64,000 nt of DNA from Candidatus Bathyarchaeota archaeon (GCA_963726255.1 CAVSBL010000002.1:1408001-1472000), one strand, 5' to 3'. Shown: positions 31,483 through 40,841, numbered from the stretch's first letter. The notes: a model not told the origin generated them from the sequence alone. Program-made: numbers and translations.

Positions 31483-31689
31483 CTATTGGACGACTTCGCC
31501 TATGGCGAATCGTGGACCAACGGAGTTGATCTTAACCTTCACGTGGTCGCCAGGTTTGGTTTGGGGAATGAAGACTACGAAGCCTTCGATCCTAGCGACT
31601 CCGTCACCGCGACGGCTCGTCTCCTTGATGTCAAGTTCGTATTCTTTACCTTCCTCAACTGGCTTGTTGAAGGAACGTTCAAAGCTCAT
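31483..31689 (-). CDS. Single TRAM-domain RNA chaperone
   Basis: KPVEEGKEYELDI...GDGVARIEGFVVFIP..KPGD.VKVKI; GAGGTGA SD upstream of ATG 31689. Confidence 0.9.
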   Translation of the reverse strand: MSFERSFNKPVEEGKEYELDIKETSRRGDGVARIEGFVVFIPQTKPGDHVKVKINSVGPRFAIGEVVQ

Positions 31690-31932
31690 GCATTTCACCT
31701 CATTCGGTTTCGTTCAGCTAGTTCTTCGGGAGAAAACAAGGACGCCAACGCGGATGGTTACGGAAGGACGTTCGCTTCAGCCCGTATACCTAACTGACGA
31801 ACACAGTAGACCCGAGGCTAATAACCCTGCTTGTTGCGGCTTTCGTGTGAGTCTTTCTCGGAAAAAAGAAACAGATGTAGCGAGCCATCTTCGCTGTATA
31901 GCTTTCTTGTAGAAGTAGGGTTGGGCTGTTCC

Positions 31933-32313
31933 TCAGCGCGCCTTCTCGCGAACCTCGAAATAGTGTCGGTATCCTTTCGCGTCCTCCTCGTAATCGTACT
32001 TCGTCTGCGTGCGCCGGTCAATGTACAAACCTGACCCAAGGTGATCCATCTGCATGTTTCTCATGCGAGCTGTCAACGCGTCGAGAATGTTCACGTAGTT
32101 CAGGCCCTCACTCGGTTTCCACTCTGTGACTGGGGAGGGCTCACTCATCGTTATGAGCTTCACGAAGTGTCGTGGAGAACGCTGTTCACTGTGGCCGCCT
32201 CGACAAGTAAAGAGCTTTGAGTCCATGAAATCATTGAATTGCTCATAGCTTCCGGCGAACTCAAACTGGAGGCCGCATTTTTGGCAGCAACACAAGAAGA
32301 CGCGATTTGACAT
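31933..32313 (-). CDS. Hypothetical Zn-binding protein
   Basis: CQKCG...CRGGH. Confidence 0.5.
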   Translation of the reverse strand: MSNRVFLCCCQKCGLQFEFAGSYEQFNDFMDSKLFTCRGGHSEQRSPRHFVKLITMSEPSPVTEWKPSEGLNYVNILDALTARMRNMQMDHLGSGLYIDRRTQTKYDYEEDAKGYRHYFEVREKAR

Positions 32314-32514
32314 GAGCCTCTATAGTCCGCCCACCTAATAGACTCCCCTATCAGCAATCGCACAGACTTCTTTGGACTGCCCCAGCGCATCACCAATACT
32401 CCATACCAGAACTGCCTCCAATTTTGGAATTGAAAAACCCAAGCGTCATTCAACCGAACACCGACGATGAACATTTGTTTACGAAGGCTGTGGAAACAAA
32501 GTTTGGCCGTGATA

Positions 32515-32704
32515 TGGCGGGCCCGCCGGGATTTGAACCCGGGACCCTTCCCCAAGAAGGCTTCTCAGCCGGTTTCTTTTCGGGTGGCTTCCCATGGGTT
32601 CGAAAAGCCCAGAGGTAAAAGCGTCATCGACACCAGTCTGGCGTCTCCGATGCTCTACCTTTTCAGGATCCAGACTTGAAAGGATCTGACTGAGCTACGG
32701 GCCC
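32515..32704 (-). tRNA. tRNA-Lys(UUU) with four introns (17/17a, 30/31, 37/38, 43/44)
   Basis: Removing 32661-32687, 32623-32646, 32586-32615 and 32548-32579 gives a 77-nt cloverleaf GGGCCCG TA GCTC AGTCAGGTA GAGC A TCGGG CTTTTAA CCCGA GGGTC CCGGG TTCAAAT CCCGG CGGGCCC G CCA; each intron has BHB-type pairing. Confidence 0.9.
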
Positions 32705-32756
32705 CGGACGCTCACAGCACGGTCCACTATCAAAAGCGTTTCGCAGGGACGAAGAT

Positions 32757-33698
32757 CTACGACGGTGCTTCCGCGAGAATCACGTTTACTTTGCCTCGGT
32801 CGGCTCCGCGTCCAAGCGAGAGTTCAAGGCTTTCCCCGACCTTTCTGTGCTGAATCGTATGCTGCAGGTCGTCCCAACTCTTCAGCAGCTTCTTATCAGC
32901 TTCCAGAATCACGTCGCCGGCCGACACACCGCTCTTGTTGGCAGGGCTTCCTCTACCGACTTTGACGATCAGCACTCCGTTCTCATGTGGGATATCATAC
33001 GATTCCGCGATATCCCTGTTCAGAGTTACCCCTGAGATTCCTAGGTACGGTCTGACAACTCGCCCGTTTTGTATAATCTCCTTCGCAATCATCCTAGCTG
33101 TATTGATTGGGATGGCGAAACCGATGCCCTGCGCAAAGGGTATGTTCGCAGTGTTAACGCCGATTACGGAACCCGCACTGTCAACCAAGGGGCCGCCGCT
33201 GTTCCCTGGGTTAATGGCTGTGTCGGTCTGAATCAAATCCTCATACATGTGATCTTCGATGTGTATGTGCCGTCTCAGAGCACTGACTACGCCAACGGTT
33301 GCCGTGGGGCCTGGAAGTAAGAAGCCGTACGGGTTTCCGATGGCGATGGCAATTTGCCCAACGACTAGGCTGTCCGAATCCCCCAACTTGACTTTAGGCA
33401 GGTCCTCGCCGTCAACGCGTACCACGGCGACGTCGGACGTGGCGTCCGAGCCTAGAACCTCTCCTTTGAATTTCTTGCCATCGGTTGTTACGACTTCAAC
33501 GCGGGATGCGTCTTCGACTATGTGGTGGTTGGTCAAGATTCCGCCGTTGGAATCGAATATTATTCCTGACCCTAGGCCACGGAGGGGTATGGTGTCGAAG
33601 AAATTCTCGCGAATCACCCGTAAAGTCGCCACAGACACTACGGCGGGGCTGACTCTCTCGATGGCAGCAATCACATCTTTCTCGGTACCTGGCAACAT
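32757..33698 (-). CDS. HtrA/DegP-type serine protease with PDZ domain
   Basis: LTNHHIV, SDVAVV, INPGNSGGPL, PDZ. Confidence 0.92.
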   Translation of the reverse strand: MLPGTEKDVIAAIERVSPAVVSVATLRVIRENFFDTIPLRGLGSGIIFDSNGGILTNHHIVEDASRVEVVTTDGKKFKGEVLGSDATSDVAVVRVDGEDLPKVKLGDSDSLVVGQIAIAIGNPYGFLLPGPTATVGVVSALRRHIHIEDHMYEDLIQTDTAINPGNSGGPLVDSAGSVIGVNTANIPFAQGIGFAIPINTARMIAKEIIQNGRVVRPYLGISGVTLNRDIAESYDIPHENGVLIVKVGRGSPANKSGVSAGDVILEADKKLLKSWDDLQHTIQHRKVGESLELSLGRGADRGKVNVILAEAPS

Positions 33699-33782
33699 TT
33701 TCTAGACCTCGAAGAAAATTGAAAGCGACAGCGGTCTATTTAATGACTAACCACAGAGACAATTAGACAAGAGGCGAACGAG

Positions 33783-33923
33783 ATGGATGATGCTAAGTAT
33801 TTCAAATGCGGAAAATGCGGTTACGAATTCCTATCCAAAACAGGCAACTCAACCTGTCCCAAGTGCAAGAGCCAAACGCTTGAGGAGAAAGACCTCAAGA
33901 GCTTGTTGGGGTTGGACGAATAG
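33783..33923 (+). CDS. Small zinc-ribbon protein (46 aa)
   Basis: Manual translation MDDAKYFKCGKCGYEFLSKTGNSTCPKCKSQTLEEKDLKSLLGLDE; below ORF-track cutoff. Confidence 0.7.
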   Translation: MDDAKYFKCGKCGYEFLSKTGNSTCPKCKSQTLEEKDLKSLLGLDE

Positions 33924-33995
33924 ACTCGGGACCATCCTCTCGAAACACACAAGCATTTGGTTAGCCTTTCTTGTAGAGGAGTGACGACCGCGGGT

Positions 33996-34099
33996 TGGCG
34001 CCCTTCGCCAGGAGAAGGCTAGCTGCTCCTTTGGGCGGGATTCGAACCCGCGTCGACGACGTGACAGGCCGTCATCCTAGACCACTGAACGACCAGGGC
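33996..34099 (-). tRNA. tRNA-Asp(GUC) with intron at 68/69 in the acceptor stem
   Basis: Removing 34004-34031 restores acceptor pairing GCCCTGG/CCAGGGC plus G73 and CCA (76 nt); anticodon loop CTGTCAC. Confidence 0.9.
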
Positions 34100-34312
34100 A
34101 TCGGCAACTCAGAAATCCCTGAGCCAGCTTAAAGCATTGCTACAGCATAGGCACTAGGCGCATCTTACTTGTGTAAGGATGGAATAAGATACGGACTCAT
34201 TGTCGACTATTCTCTTAACCATCGTCGCGCTGCTGATCCTCGTCCCAGTGATACTAGTCTACTTTCGTTTTCGTCAACGCCTACTGCAACGAATTCTCAA
34301 AAACTCCTGATC

Positions 34313-36034
34313 TCACCGATGGGTTGTAAGAACCTGTGCGAAATCGCTCTCGAAGTATTCGTCTCGGTTCCTTGTTGCGGCGCTTCTCAAATCGGTTTCG
34401 AATTTCCGAAGGTCTGCCCTCTTAATTTTTCCACTCACAGTCTTGGGCAACTCGCCAACGAATTGTATCATCCTCGGCCGCTTGTAGGGCGCCATTCGTT
34501 GCCTGGTGAAGTTGAAGATGTCTAAGGCTAGTTCTCTGGATGGAGTTTGGCCCGGCTTTAGCATGATATACGCTTTCGGAACGAACCCTCGCAACGGATC
34601 TGGGCTTGCAACGACTGCGACTTCCGTTATGGAAGGGTGGGCTAGAAGTTCGCTCTCTACCTCGAAGGCGCTTATCCTGTAATCTGAGCTCTTGAACACA
34701 TCATCTGCTCTTCCGATGAACCAGAAGTAGCCGGCGGCGTCGCGTGAAGCTAGGTCCCCAGTAAGATACCAATCACCGACGAAAACTTCCCTATTCTTTT
34801 CTCGCGGATCGATGTAACCTTCCATCACTCCAACGGGTTTTCGCGGCTTAACCCGAATAGCTAGGATACCATCTGTCTTCGGTGGAACAGGATTTTGATC
34901 ATCGTCCAGTATTTCGATTTGAAATCCTGGGGCTGCAACTCCCATTGAACCCAACTTGACATCCATGCCTGGGAAGAAACCAACCGTTACGGTCGTTTCA
35001 CTCTGCCCGAAACCTTCTCGAATCGTAAGCCCGGTACCATCGTGCACTTTCTGGTTTATTTCGGCGTTTAGGGGTTCGCCGGCACTGACAAGTTGTCTAA
35101 GCGAGAAATGGTAGGCCTTCAAGTTCTCTAAGAGTAGGAATCTCCAGACCGTTGGAGGGGCACAAAGGGTCCTTACACTATAGCTTTCAATCACGCTTAG
35201 AACATGTTTGGGGTCGAATTTTCCAGCGTAATTGTAAAGGAAGCTTGTGGCTTCTGCGTTCCAAGCCCCGAAAATGCTGCTGTATGCGTACTTCGCCCAA
35301 CCGGGCGCACTTATGTTGTAGTGCACATCACCCTTTCTGGCTCCAATCCAATACATCGTGGTTAGGTGCCCAACAGGGTAGCTTCCGTGGGTCTGCAGAA
35401 CAAGTTTGGGTTTGGCAGTGGTTCCTGACGTGAAGTAGATAAGAAGTTCATCTTCAGGACTAAATGTGTCCTCGCTTCGGAAGTATGCAGACTCGCCGTC
35501 AGCCTCAGCGTAATCAATCCACCCATTCGGCCCCCCCGCAACACTAACCCTAGACACGGAGTCGGCTATGGAAGCAGAATCAATTCGACTAGTTAGCTCC
35601 CTGTTGGTGAAGACGCACTTCGCCTTGCCTCTCCCAATTCTGTCTCGAATATCGTCAGCTGTCAGGAGAGTGGAACTAGGTATGATTACGCACCCTGACT
35701 TCATTGCCCCCAGAAAAATCTCGAATAGCTCAACCGAGCTAGACATCATCAGCACGATGCGGTCCTTCTTCTTGAGCCCGAGGTTCCTCAGGAAGTTGGC
35801 CGCCTTGTTGGACCGCTCCTTCATTTCCTGAAAACTAGCCTTCCTCTCTGCCCCCTTGTCGTCTACGTAGATTAGGGCGGGGTTGGAGTTTCTTCCAGCC
35901 AGTGTGTCGAAGTAGTCCAGAGCCCAATTGAACTTGTGCAGTTGCGGCCACTCGAATCCTGCCTTCGCCTGCTCATAGTTGTGTGCGTTAAGAAGAAAAT
36001 CCCTAGTTGCAATGAACTCTTCTAGGCCTGGCAA
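34313..36034 (-). CDS. AMP-forming short/medium-chain acyl-CoA synthetase
   Basis: YFTSGTTAKPK, GFGQSET, YLTGD, GRADD, LPKTVSGKI. Confidence 0.9.
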   Translation of the reverse strand: MPGLEEFIATRDFLLNAHNYEQAKAGFEWPQLHKFNWALDYFDTLAGRNSNPALIYVDDKGAERKASFQEMKERSNKAANFLRNLGLKKKDRIVLMMSSSVELFEIFLGAMKSGCVIIPSSTLLTADDIRDRIGRGKAKCVFTNRELTSRIDSASIADSVSRVSVAGGPNGWIDYAEADGESAYFRSEDTFSPEDELLIYFTSGTTAKPKLVLQTHGSYPVGHLTTMYWIGARKGDVHYNISAPGWAKYAYSSIFGAWNAEATSFLYNYAGKFDPKHVLSVIESYSVRTLCAPPTVWRFLLLENLKAYHFSLRQLVSAGEPLNAEINQKVHDGTGLTIREGFGQSETTVTVGFFPGMDVKLGSMGVAAPGFQIEILDDDQNPVPPKTDGILAIRVKPRKPVGVMEGYIDPREKNREVFVGDWYLTGDLASRDAAGYFWFIGRADDVFKSSDYRISAFEVESELLAHPSITEVAVVASPDPLRGFVPKAYIMLKPGQTPSRELALDIFNFTRQRMAPYKRPRMIQFVGELPKTVSGKIKRADLRKFETDLRSAATRNRDEYFESDFAQVLTTHR

Positions 36035-36197
36035 ACCTATCGTGCCCGAGTCAAATGGAGCTTCTTCTAAGGGTTATTTCCCATTTCTCGCATTAACAAG
36101 AAGCGCTAAGCAGCACTAAGTGTCACCATCGCAAGCGGCTAAATATTTCAGTCGACAAGAGCAAGAATGTCGGGTGATGCCAGGCCTGCCAAGGACG

Positions 36198-36650
36198 ATG
36201 CCAATCAATGAGGGCACGAAAGCACCCGATTTCACCCTGAAAGATCAAAATGGCAAGCGGGTAAGGCTTCGCGATTTCCGGGGGAAGAAGGTTGTTCTAT
36301 ATTTCTATGTTCGCGATGACACGCCCGGATGTACTAAAGAAGCGTGCAGCTTCCGCGACGGCCTTGCAAGATTGAAAGATGTTCCGGTGCTCGGCATTAG
36401 CCCGGACCCGGTTGACTCACACAAACATTTCGCAGACAAGTACGGCCTCCCGTTTACTTTGCTCTCTGACGAGAAAGCCAGGGTCGCCAAGAAGTTCGGT
36501 GTTTGGGGTAAGAAGAACATGTACGGTAGAACCTACTATGGAGTCATACGCTCAACTTTCATCATCGATGAATCCGGTACCATCAAACAAGAATACAAAC
36601 GTGTGAAGGTAGATGGCCATTTAAGCCAAATTATCAAGAATTTACGGTGA
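36198..36650 (+). CDS. bcp: BCP/PrxQ peroxiredoxin
   Basis: YFY.RDDTPGCTKEACSFRD, RSTFII. Confidence 0.9.
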   Translation: MPINEGTKAPDFTLKDQNGKRVRLRDFRGKKVVLYFYVRDDTPGCTKEACSFRDGLARLKDVPVLGISPDPVDSHKHFADKYGLPFTLLSDEKARVAKKFGVWGKKNMYGRTYYGVIRSTFIIDESGTIKQEYKRVKVDGHLSQIIKNLR

Positions 36651-37144
36651 GGGCAACAACCCCTAGCTGGTCAGATCCTGTGGTAAACTTGGACGTTGCA
36701 TACGTCCCAACACCCAAGGACCTCGTTCGCAAAATGCTGAGGGTGGCAGGCGTGCGTCGGGGTGAGACCGTTTTCGACCTTGGGGCCGGGGACGGGCGCA
36801 TACTGATCGCGGCCGTGAGGGGGTTTGGGGCACGAGCCATAGGCGTCGAGATGGACCCGGAACGACTGGCCCGAATACAAGAACGATTAACTGCGACGGG
36901 CACAGAGGCAACAGTGCTTGCAGGAGATTTAATGCGGGTCGACCTGTCCACTGCAGACGTGGTCACGATTTACCTTTCAGAATCGGTGAACACCAAGCTG
37001 GCCGAAAAGCTGAGGAACGAACTCAAACCTGGGGCGCGGATAGTTTCACTAGACTACGTCCTCCCGGGATGGACCTCGGAACGAGACTTGACCGTCGGGA
37101 GCGGGGGTATCACACGCAAGTTATACTTGTACAGGGCTCAATGA
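36647..37144 (+). CDS. SAM-dependent methyltransferase (protein-lysine MTase-like)
   Basis: YVPTP, DLGAGDGR, ADVVTIYL, ELKPGARIVS. Confidence 0.85.
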   Translation: MRATTPSWSDPVVNLDVAYVPTPKDLVRKMLRVAGVRRGETVFDLGAGDGRILIAAVRGFGARAIGVEMDPERLARIQERLTATGTEATVLAGDLMRVDLSTADVVTIYLSESVNTKLAEKLRNELKPGARIVSLDYVLPGWTSERDLTVGSGGITRKLYLYRAQ

Positions 37145-37281
37145 TCCGACTGCGCTACGCGCGGAATTACACTGCCAGAGAAAAAGGGCAAAATCAACCT
37201 CTTTTGACTCCGAAAAACACCCCGCCCCCCCAGGGGTACCTCCAACCGTGCGCGCACCGCTGAATCCAGAGATTTTGATGT

Positions 37282-37480
37282 TGGTCCCGCGGGCCGGAGT
37301 TTCATAGGGTTTGGCCCTATTTTGAATTCGCCGGACCGCGAATAGTCCTCCAGCGACACTCCGGTTTCCGTTGTTAGCCTAGTAGGCTGACATGGGCACG
37401 CCTTGGGCGCACACCTACAGCGTCTCCGTCACTCCGTATAAGAGGGACTCGGAAGCTCTACCAGGCTGAGCTACCGCGGG
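37282..37480 (-). tRNA. tRNA-Tyr(GUA) with four introns (30/31, 37/38, 53/54, 59/60)
   Basis: Removing 37422-37449, 37366-37414, 37327-37349 and 37299-37320 gives 77-nt CCCGCGG TA GCTC AGCCTGGTA GAGC T TCCGG CTGTAGA CCGGA GTGTC GCTGG TTCAAAT CCGGC CCGCGGG A CCA; C1-G72 and A73 are archaeal Tyr identity elements. Confidence 0.92.
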
Positions 37481-37612
37481 ACCGAGTCAAAGCCTTCGCC
37501 CTGTAGCCTATAAGGTTTCACGAAGTATCTGCCGACCCAGCCATCTTCGTTGTGAGGGAAGCGCCCGCGTTAAATCCTCGGAAACATTGTCCTCGTCCTT
37601 AGGTTAGTTTCA

Positions 37613-38021
37613 ATGACTTTCAAGCGATCTTTCCGTGTTCACTGGGTCGACACCGACATCGCAGGCGTCATGCACTTCAGCAATTTCTTTCGCTACTTCG
37701 AAGCCTGCGAAGAAGAATTTTACCGTTCACTGTCTCTACCTTTAACCGAAATTCGCGAGAACTTTGGCGTGATGTTGCCTCGCGTCGAGGTCCATTGTCA
37801 GTACACGGCTGCGTGCCGATTCGATGAACAAATTGATGTTACGTTGAGAGTTCGCGAAGTCGAAGAGAAGACCATCACTTACAATTTCCAAATATTTCGT
37901 CAATCAGACGGAAAACTCGACGGCCGAAGGCTACGTGAAATGTATCGCAGTAAATTCGGAATGGAAGGCTGTACCGCTGCCCGCTGAAATCGCAAAGACG
38001 GTTCGCAGCAGCATTGGCTAG
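37613..38021 (+). CDS. 4HBT/YbgC-family thioesterase, frameshifted near 37920
   Basis: RVHWVDTDIAGVMHFSNFFRYFE; continues in another frame as AEGYVKCIAV...AVPLPAEI to TAG 38021. Confidence 0.8.
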
Positions 38022-38084
38022 GGCAGCCTGTTATACACAATCTCTCGCGGAGGCATAGAGCTTGCATACAGGAGAAAACGAACT

Positions 38085-38747
38085 CTAACGCTGCGACCGT
38101 CCACAGTGCTCGCAGAACGTTTGGTCGCCCGTGTTCACTGCGCCACAGAACCTACATTTCCAACCTAGAGCTTCGGCCGGAATGGTTTCACGCTTTTTTC
38201 CAGTCCCGATTCCAACCAAGGACAAAATCAACCCCACAAGAAAGACCTCGTAGCCGGCGAACTCGACAATTGGATTAAGGACGGTTAGGTTCTCGACTGA
38301 GTCTAGGCTGAAGATTACTACGCGGCGAGTGGTGTCTTGATTGTCGAAGACGAAGAAATAGGTCCCAGGGGTGGTGGGGGTGAACGTGAAGTTGTAGGAT
38401 ATCGCCGTTGGCCTAGCTAGAATGATTGCGCTAGGGCGCCCCGCCCGCCAAAGTGAGAAGTTTCCTTCATCCATCACGTAGAATGCTATTTCGCGTCCGT
38501 CGGTGACTTCCAAAGCCCCCTGCACTTGAACGTCCCCTCTCAGATCTGAGGAGAGGAAGGTGTAGTTTGAAGGCGGGACGGCTAGGAGTGTTGGGGGGAG
38601 GATTGGGTTAACAGTCTGAACGTGCGACGCGAATCCTACCGACTGAGCAATCGGGCTGAGAAATTGGGGGCCCTGCTCAATCGTAAATGCTCCGGCCACG
38701 ATTAGGATTAGACCTATGGTCAGGATTTTTCTTCGCGTCGTACTCAC
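38085..38747 (-). CDS. Membrane protein with beta-sandwich (GOLD-like) domain and C-terminal Zn ribbon
   Basis: IAFYVMD...GTYFFVFDN, TM, CRFCG...CEHCG. Confidence 0.65.
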   Translation of the reverse strand: MSTTRRKILTIGLILIVAGAFTIEQGPQFLSPIAQSVGFASHVQTVNPILPPTLLAVPPSNYTFLSSDLRGDVQVQGALEVTDGREIAFYVMDEGNFSLWRAGRPSAIILARPTAISYNFTFTPTTPGTYFFVFDNQDTTRRVVIFSLDSVENLTVLNPIVEFAGYEVFLVGLILSLVGIGTGKKRETIPAEALGWKCRFCGAVNTGDQTFCEHCGRSQR

Positions 38748-38794
38748 CAGGTTCTATTCAGATTCGTGTGATGCCTCCACTGATGTGGGAGGGA

Positions 38795-38909
38795 TGGCGG
38801 GCCCGCGGGGATTCGAACCCCGGATCCCAGGCTTTCGCCGCGAACGCTCCGAAGGCTTACACGAATCGGTTCCATCTCTGTGTCTTAATCCTGGCTCGAC
38901 TACGGGCCC
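38795..38909 (-). tRNA. tRNA-Arg(UCG) with two introns (29/30, 37/38)
   Basis: Removing 38857-38877 and 38834-38848 gives anticodon arm CAGGC CTTCGGA GCCTG; A20 present; GCCA end; 79 nt. Confidence 0.88.
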
Positions 38910-39371
38910 ACTACTCCGACTAGTCATGCTCAACGTCGGATAATTGTATATGGTTTCACCGTAAGCTCCTGTCAACCGCCAGTAAATCCAGCTTATCCTT
39001 CTCATCAACAACGTGCAGCTGACGACCAAATGCAAGAAGCGCTTCCCCCGCCCTCGTACGAGTGCCAGTTTCAGGCATCTCTCTCGAAACCAGGCGGGGT
39101 CGCAAGTCTTTCAAATCGCTCAACCGTCCATCTATTGCTGACTATTGTTGCACCTTGCAGAGCTGTGATACATGCTGCTGCTTCAAGGCCTGCTTTGAAG
39201 ATAGAATCAAGGCTAAGAGCACCAATTAGGCCAGAAACATGTCGCCCGAGTCATCTGGCAAAAGCTGCCGGCCTCTTACTGGCTATTTAGGATAGAGGAT
39301 GATTCATCCATTTAACCTAACTACGTGCCATAGTTAAGTGCAGGCAGTACATAGGAATCAACATCAGCGTA

Positions 39372-40616
39372 TTGGGAAGGAGTCTGCTAATTGTGTCGAT
39401 CCACGCGCGGTGGATAATGCTTGGCGCAATCATCATCGTAGCCGTCCTGGGCTTGATCTCAAGCGGGCCCACAGCATGGGCTGGGGCGGTTCACCAAATG
39501 GATGACTCTACGATTACGGTTTCGTCGCTAACATCAGTTACTAGTTCCGAGTCATCCTCAGGGTCGACAACGGGTACGGTTGCATCCACGACACTCGAAT
39601 CGCAAACACCCTCGACCAGCCTGTCTCTCACTTCAACTGAGTCTTCGGTTGCATCTACGACTCTTGCAACTGAGACGGTATCCTCGACATCATCCCTTGC
39701 TTTTTCTTCGAGTACAGAGAATTCTGAGACCTCACTTACGTCGACAAGTGCAACATCTTCGTCTCTGACAACAGCGTCGTCAACAGACGTTACATCCACG
39801 TCGAGTTCCATGGCGACTTCCACGAACACGGAGACGTCATCTTCATCTACGCCGTTGGTTTCGACGACAGCGTCTTCAACGAGTTCCCTGACGTCTTCGG
39901 CAGTATCTTCGCCAGCTACTACAACGACTGCGAAAGTTGAAAGTTCCACGACATCGTCTGTGACCAAGACGATTGTCGTCACTAGTTCGGAAACTGCATC
40001 AAGCGACCCCCCGGGGCAAACTTGCAACTCCTACTATTGGAACCAAGGGAACTGCCATCAATACACCTGCTACTACAACAACTGTAATGGCAATTGTTAC
40101 AACTGTTACGGGAATTGCTACAACAGCAACTGCTATCCTACTCCTTGCTCTTCTAACTATCCAAACTACCCCTATGGTTGCAATCCAAATTACGGTTACC
40201 CGAACCAGTACCAAACAATCACGTCCACGGAAACGAGTTATTCAGCATTCACAGAAACCAGTTTTACAACCTCAACACAAACTCCCCAGCCAGTAACTTC
40301 AACAACCATACTAACAAGCACCACGGCTACAACTGATGCAACTCTCGTGACAACGTTCGGTACATTGGCGGGCATCTTCTTGGGGCTATTCCTCGCCACC
40401 CTGTTTCTACTGATGAGGCGGAACTCGTCCACCAGCCAGCAACTTTCCGATAACACTCCAGTAGAAGCGGGTCCAGTGCCTCAAACAGCGGTAGGAGAGA
40501 CGTCGAAGACATCTGGATCGTTCTGCATGAACTGCGGAATGAAACTCCCCAAGAGCGTTAGGTTTTGTGGCGAGTGCGGCGCGCGACAACCTAAACCTGC
40601 TAAATCCCAGCATTGA
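39372..40616 (+). CDS. Ser/Thr-rich surface protein with Cys/Tyr/Asn-rich module, TM and Zn ribbon
   Basis: Signal peptide, long S/T tract, CNSYYW...CYNCYGNCYNSNCY, TM, CMNCG...CGECG. Confidence 0.7.
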   Translation: MGRSLLIVSIHARWIMLGAIIIVAVLGLISSGPTAWAGAVHQMDDSTITVSSLTSVTSSESSSGSTTGTVASTTLESQTPSTSLSLTSTESSVASTTLATETVSSTSSLAFSSSTENSETSLTSTSATSSSLTTASSTDVTSTSSSMATSTNTETSSSSTPLVSTTASSTSSLTSSAVSSPATTTTAKVESSTTSSVTKTIVVTSSETASSDPPGQTCNSYYWNQGNCHQYTCYYNNCNGNCYNCYGNCYNSNCYPTPCSSNYPNYPYGCNPNYGYPNQYQTITSTETSYSAFTETSFTTSTQTPQPVTSTTILTSTTATTDATLVTTFGTLAGIFLGLFLATLFLLMRRNSSTSQQLSDNTPVEAGPVPQTAVGETSKTSGSFCMNCGMKLPKSVRFCGECGARQPKPAKSQH

Positions 40617-40841
40617 ATTAGCAAAAATCTCCAAGGCCTAATATGGCGGCCTCGGTAAGAACACAGACAATTAGACGAGCATAAAGCATAGCCGAGGCTT
40701 TACGAGAAACAGGGGTTGTTTTCAGTGCTGTCCATAAGGCACGGTAAATATGGTATGGGCAGAGCGTGCCGTATCTTCCCAAGGGGAATACTGTTAGGTA
40801 CCATATGTCCACTCTTTGAGCCTGGCTCGGGGTGAAGGAAG

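Noticed and set aside
33787-33984. 65-aa ORF in the ORF track
   Set aside because: The overlapping frame 33783..33923 encodes a clear Zn ribbon and is preferred.
37366-37414. Nested intron or guide RNA inside the 49-nt Tyr intron
   Set aside because: Two hairpins are present, but no second BHB helix or C/D boxes could be built.
39491-40330. Repeat or CRISPR-like array, and the antisense Val/Asp-rich ORF
   Set aside because: Low-complexity Ser/Thr coding sequence with no fixed repeat-spacer period.
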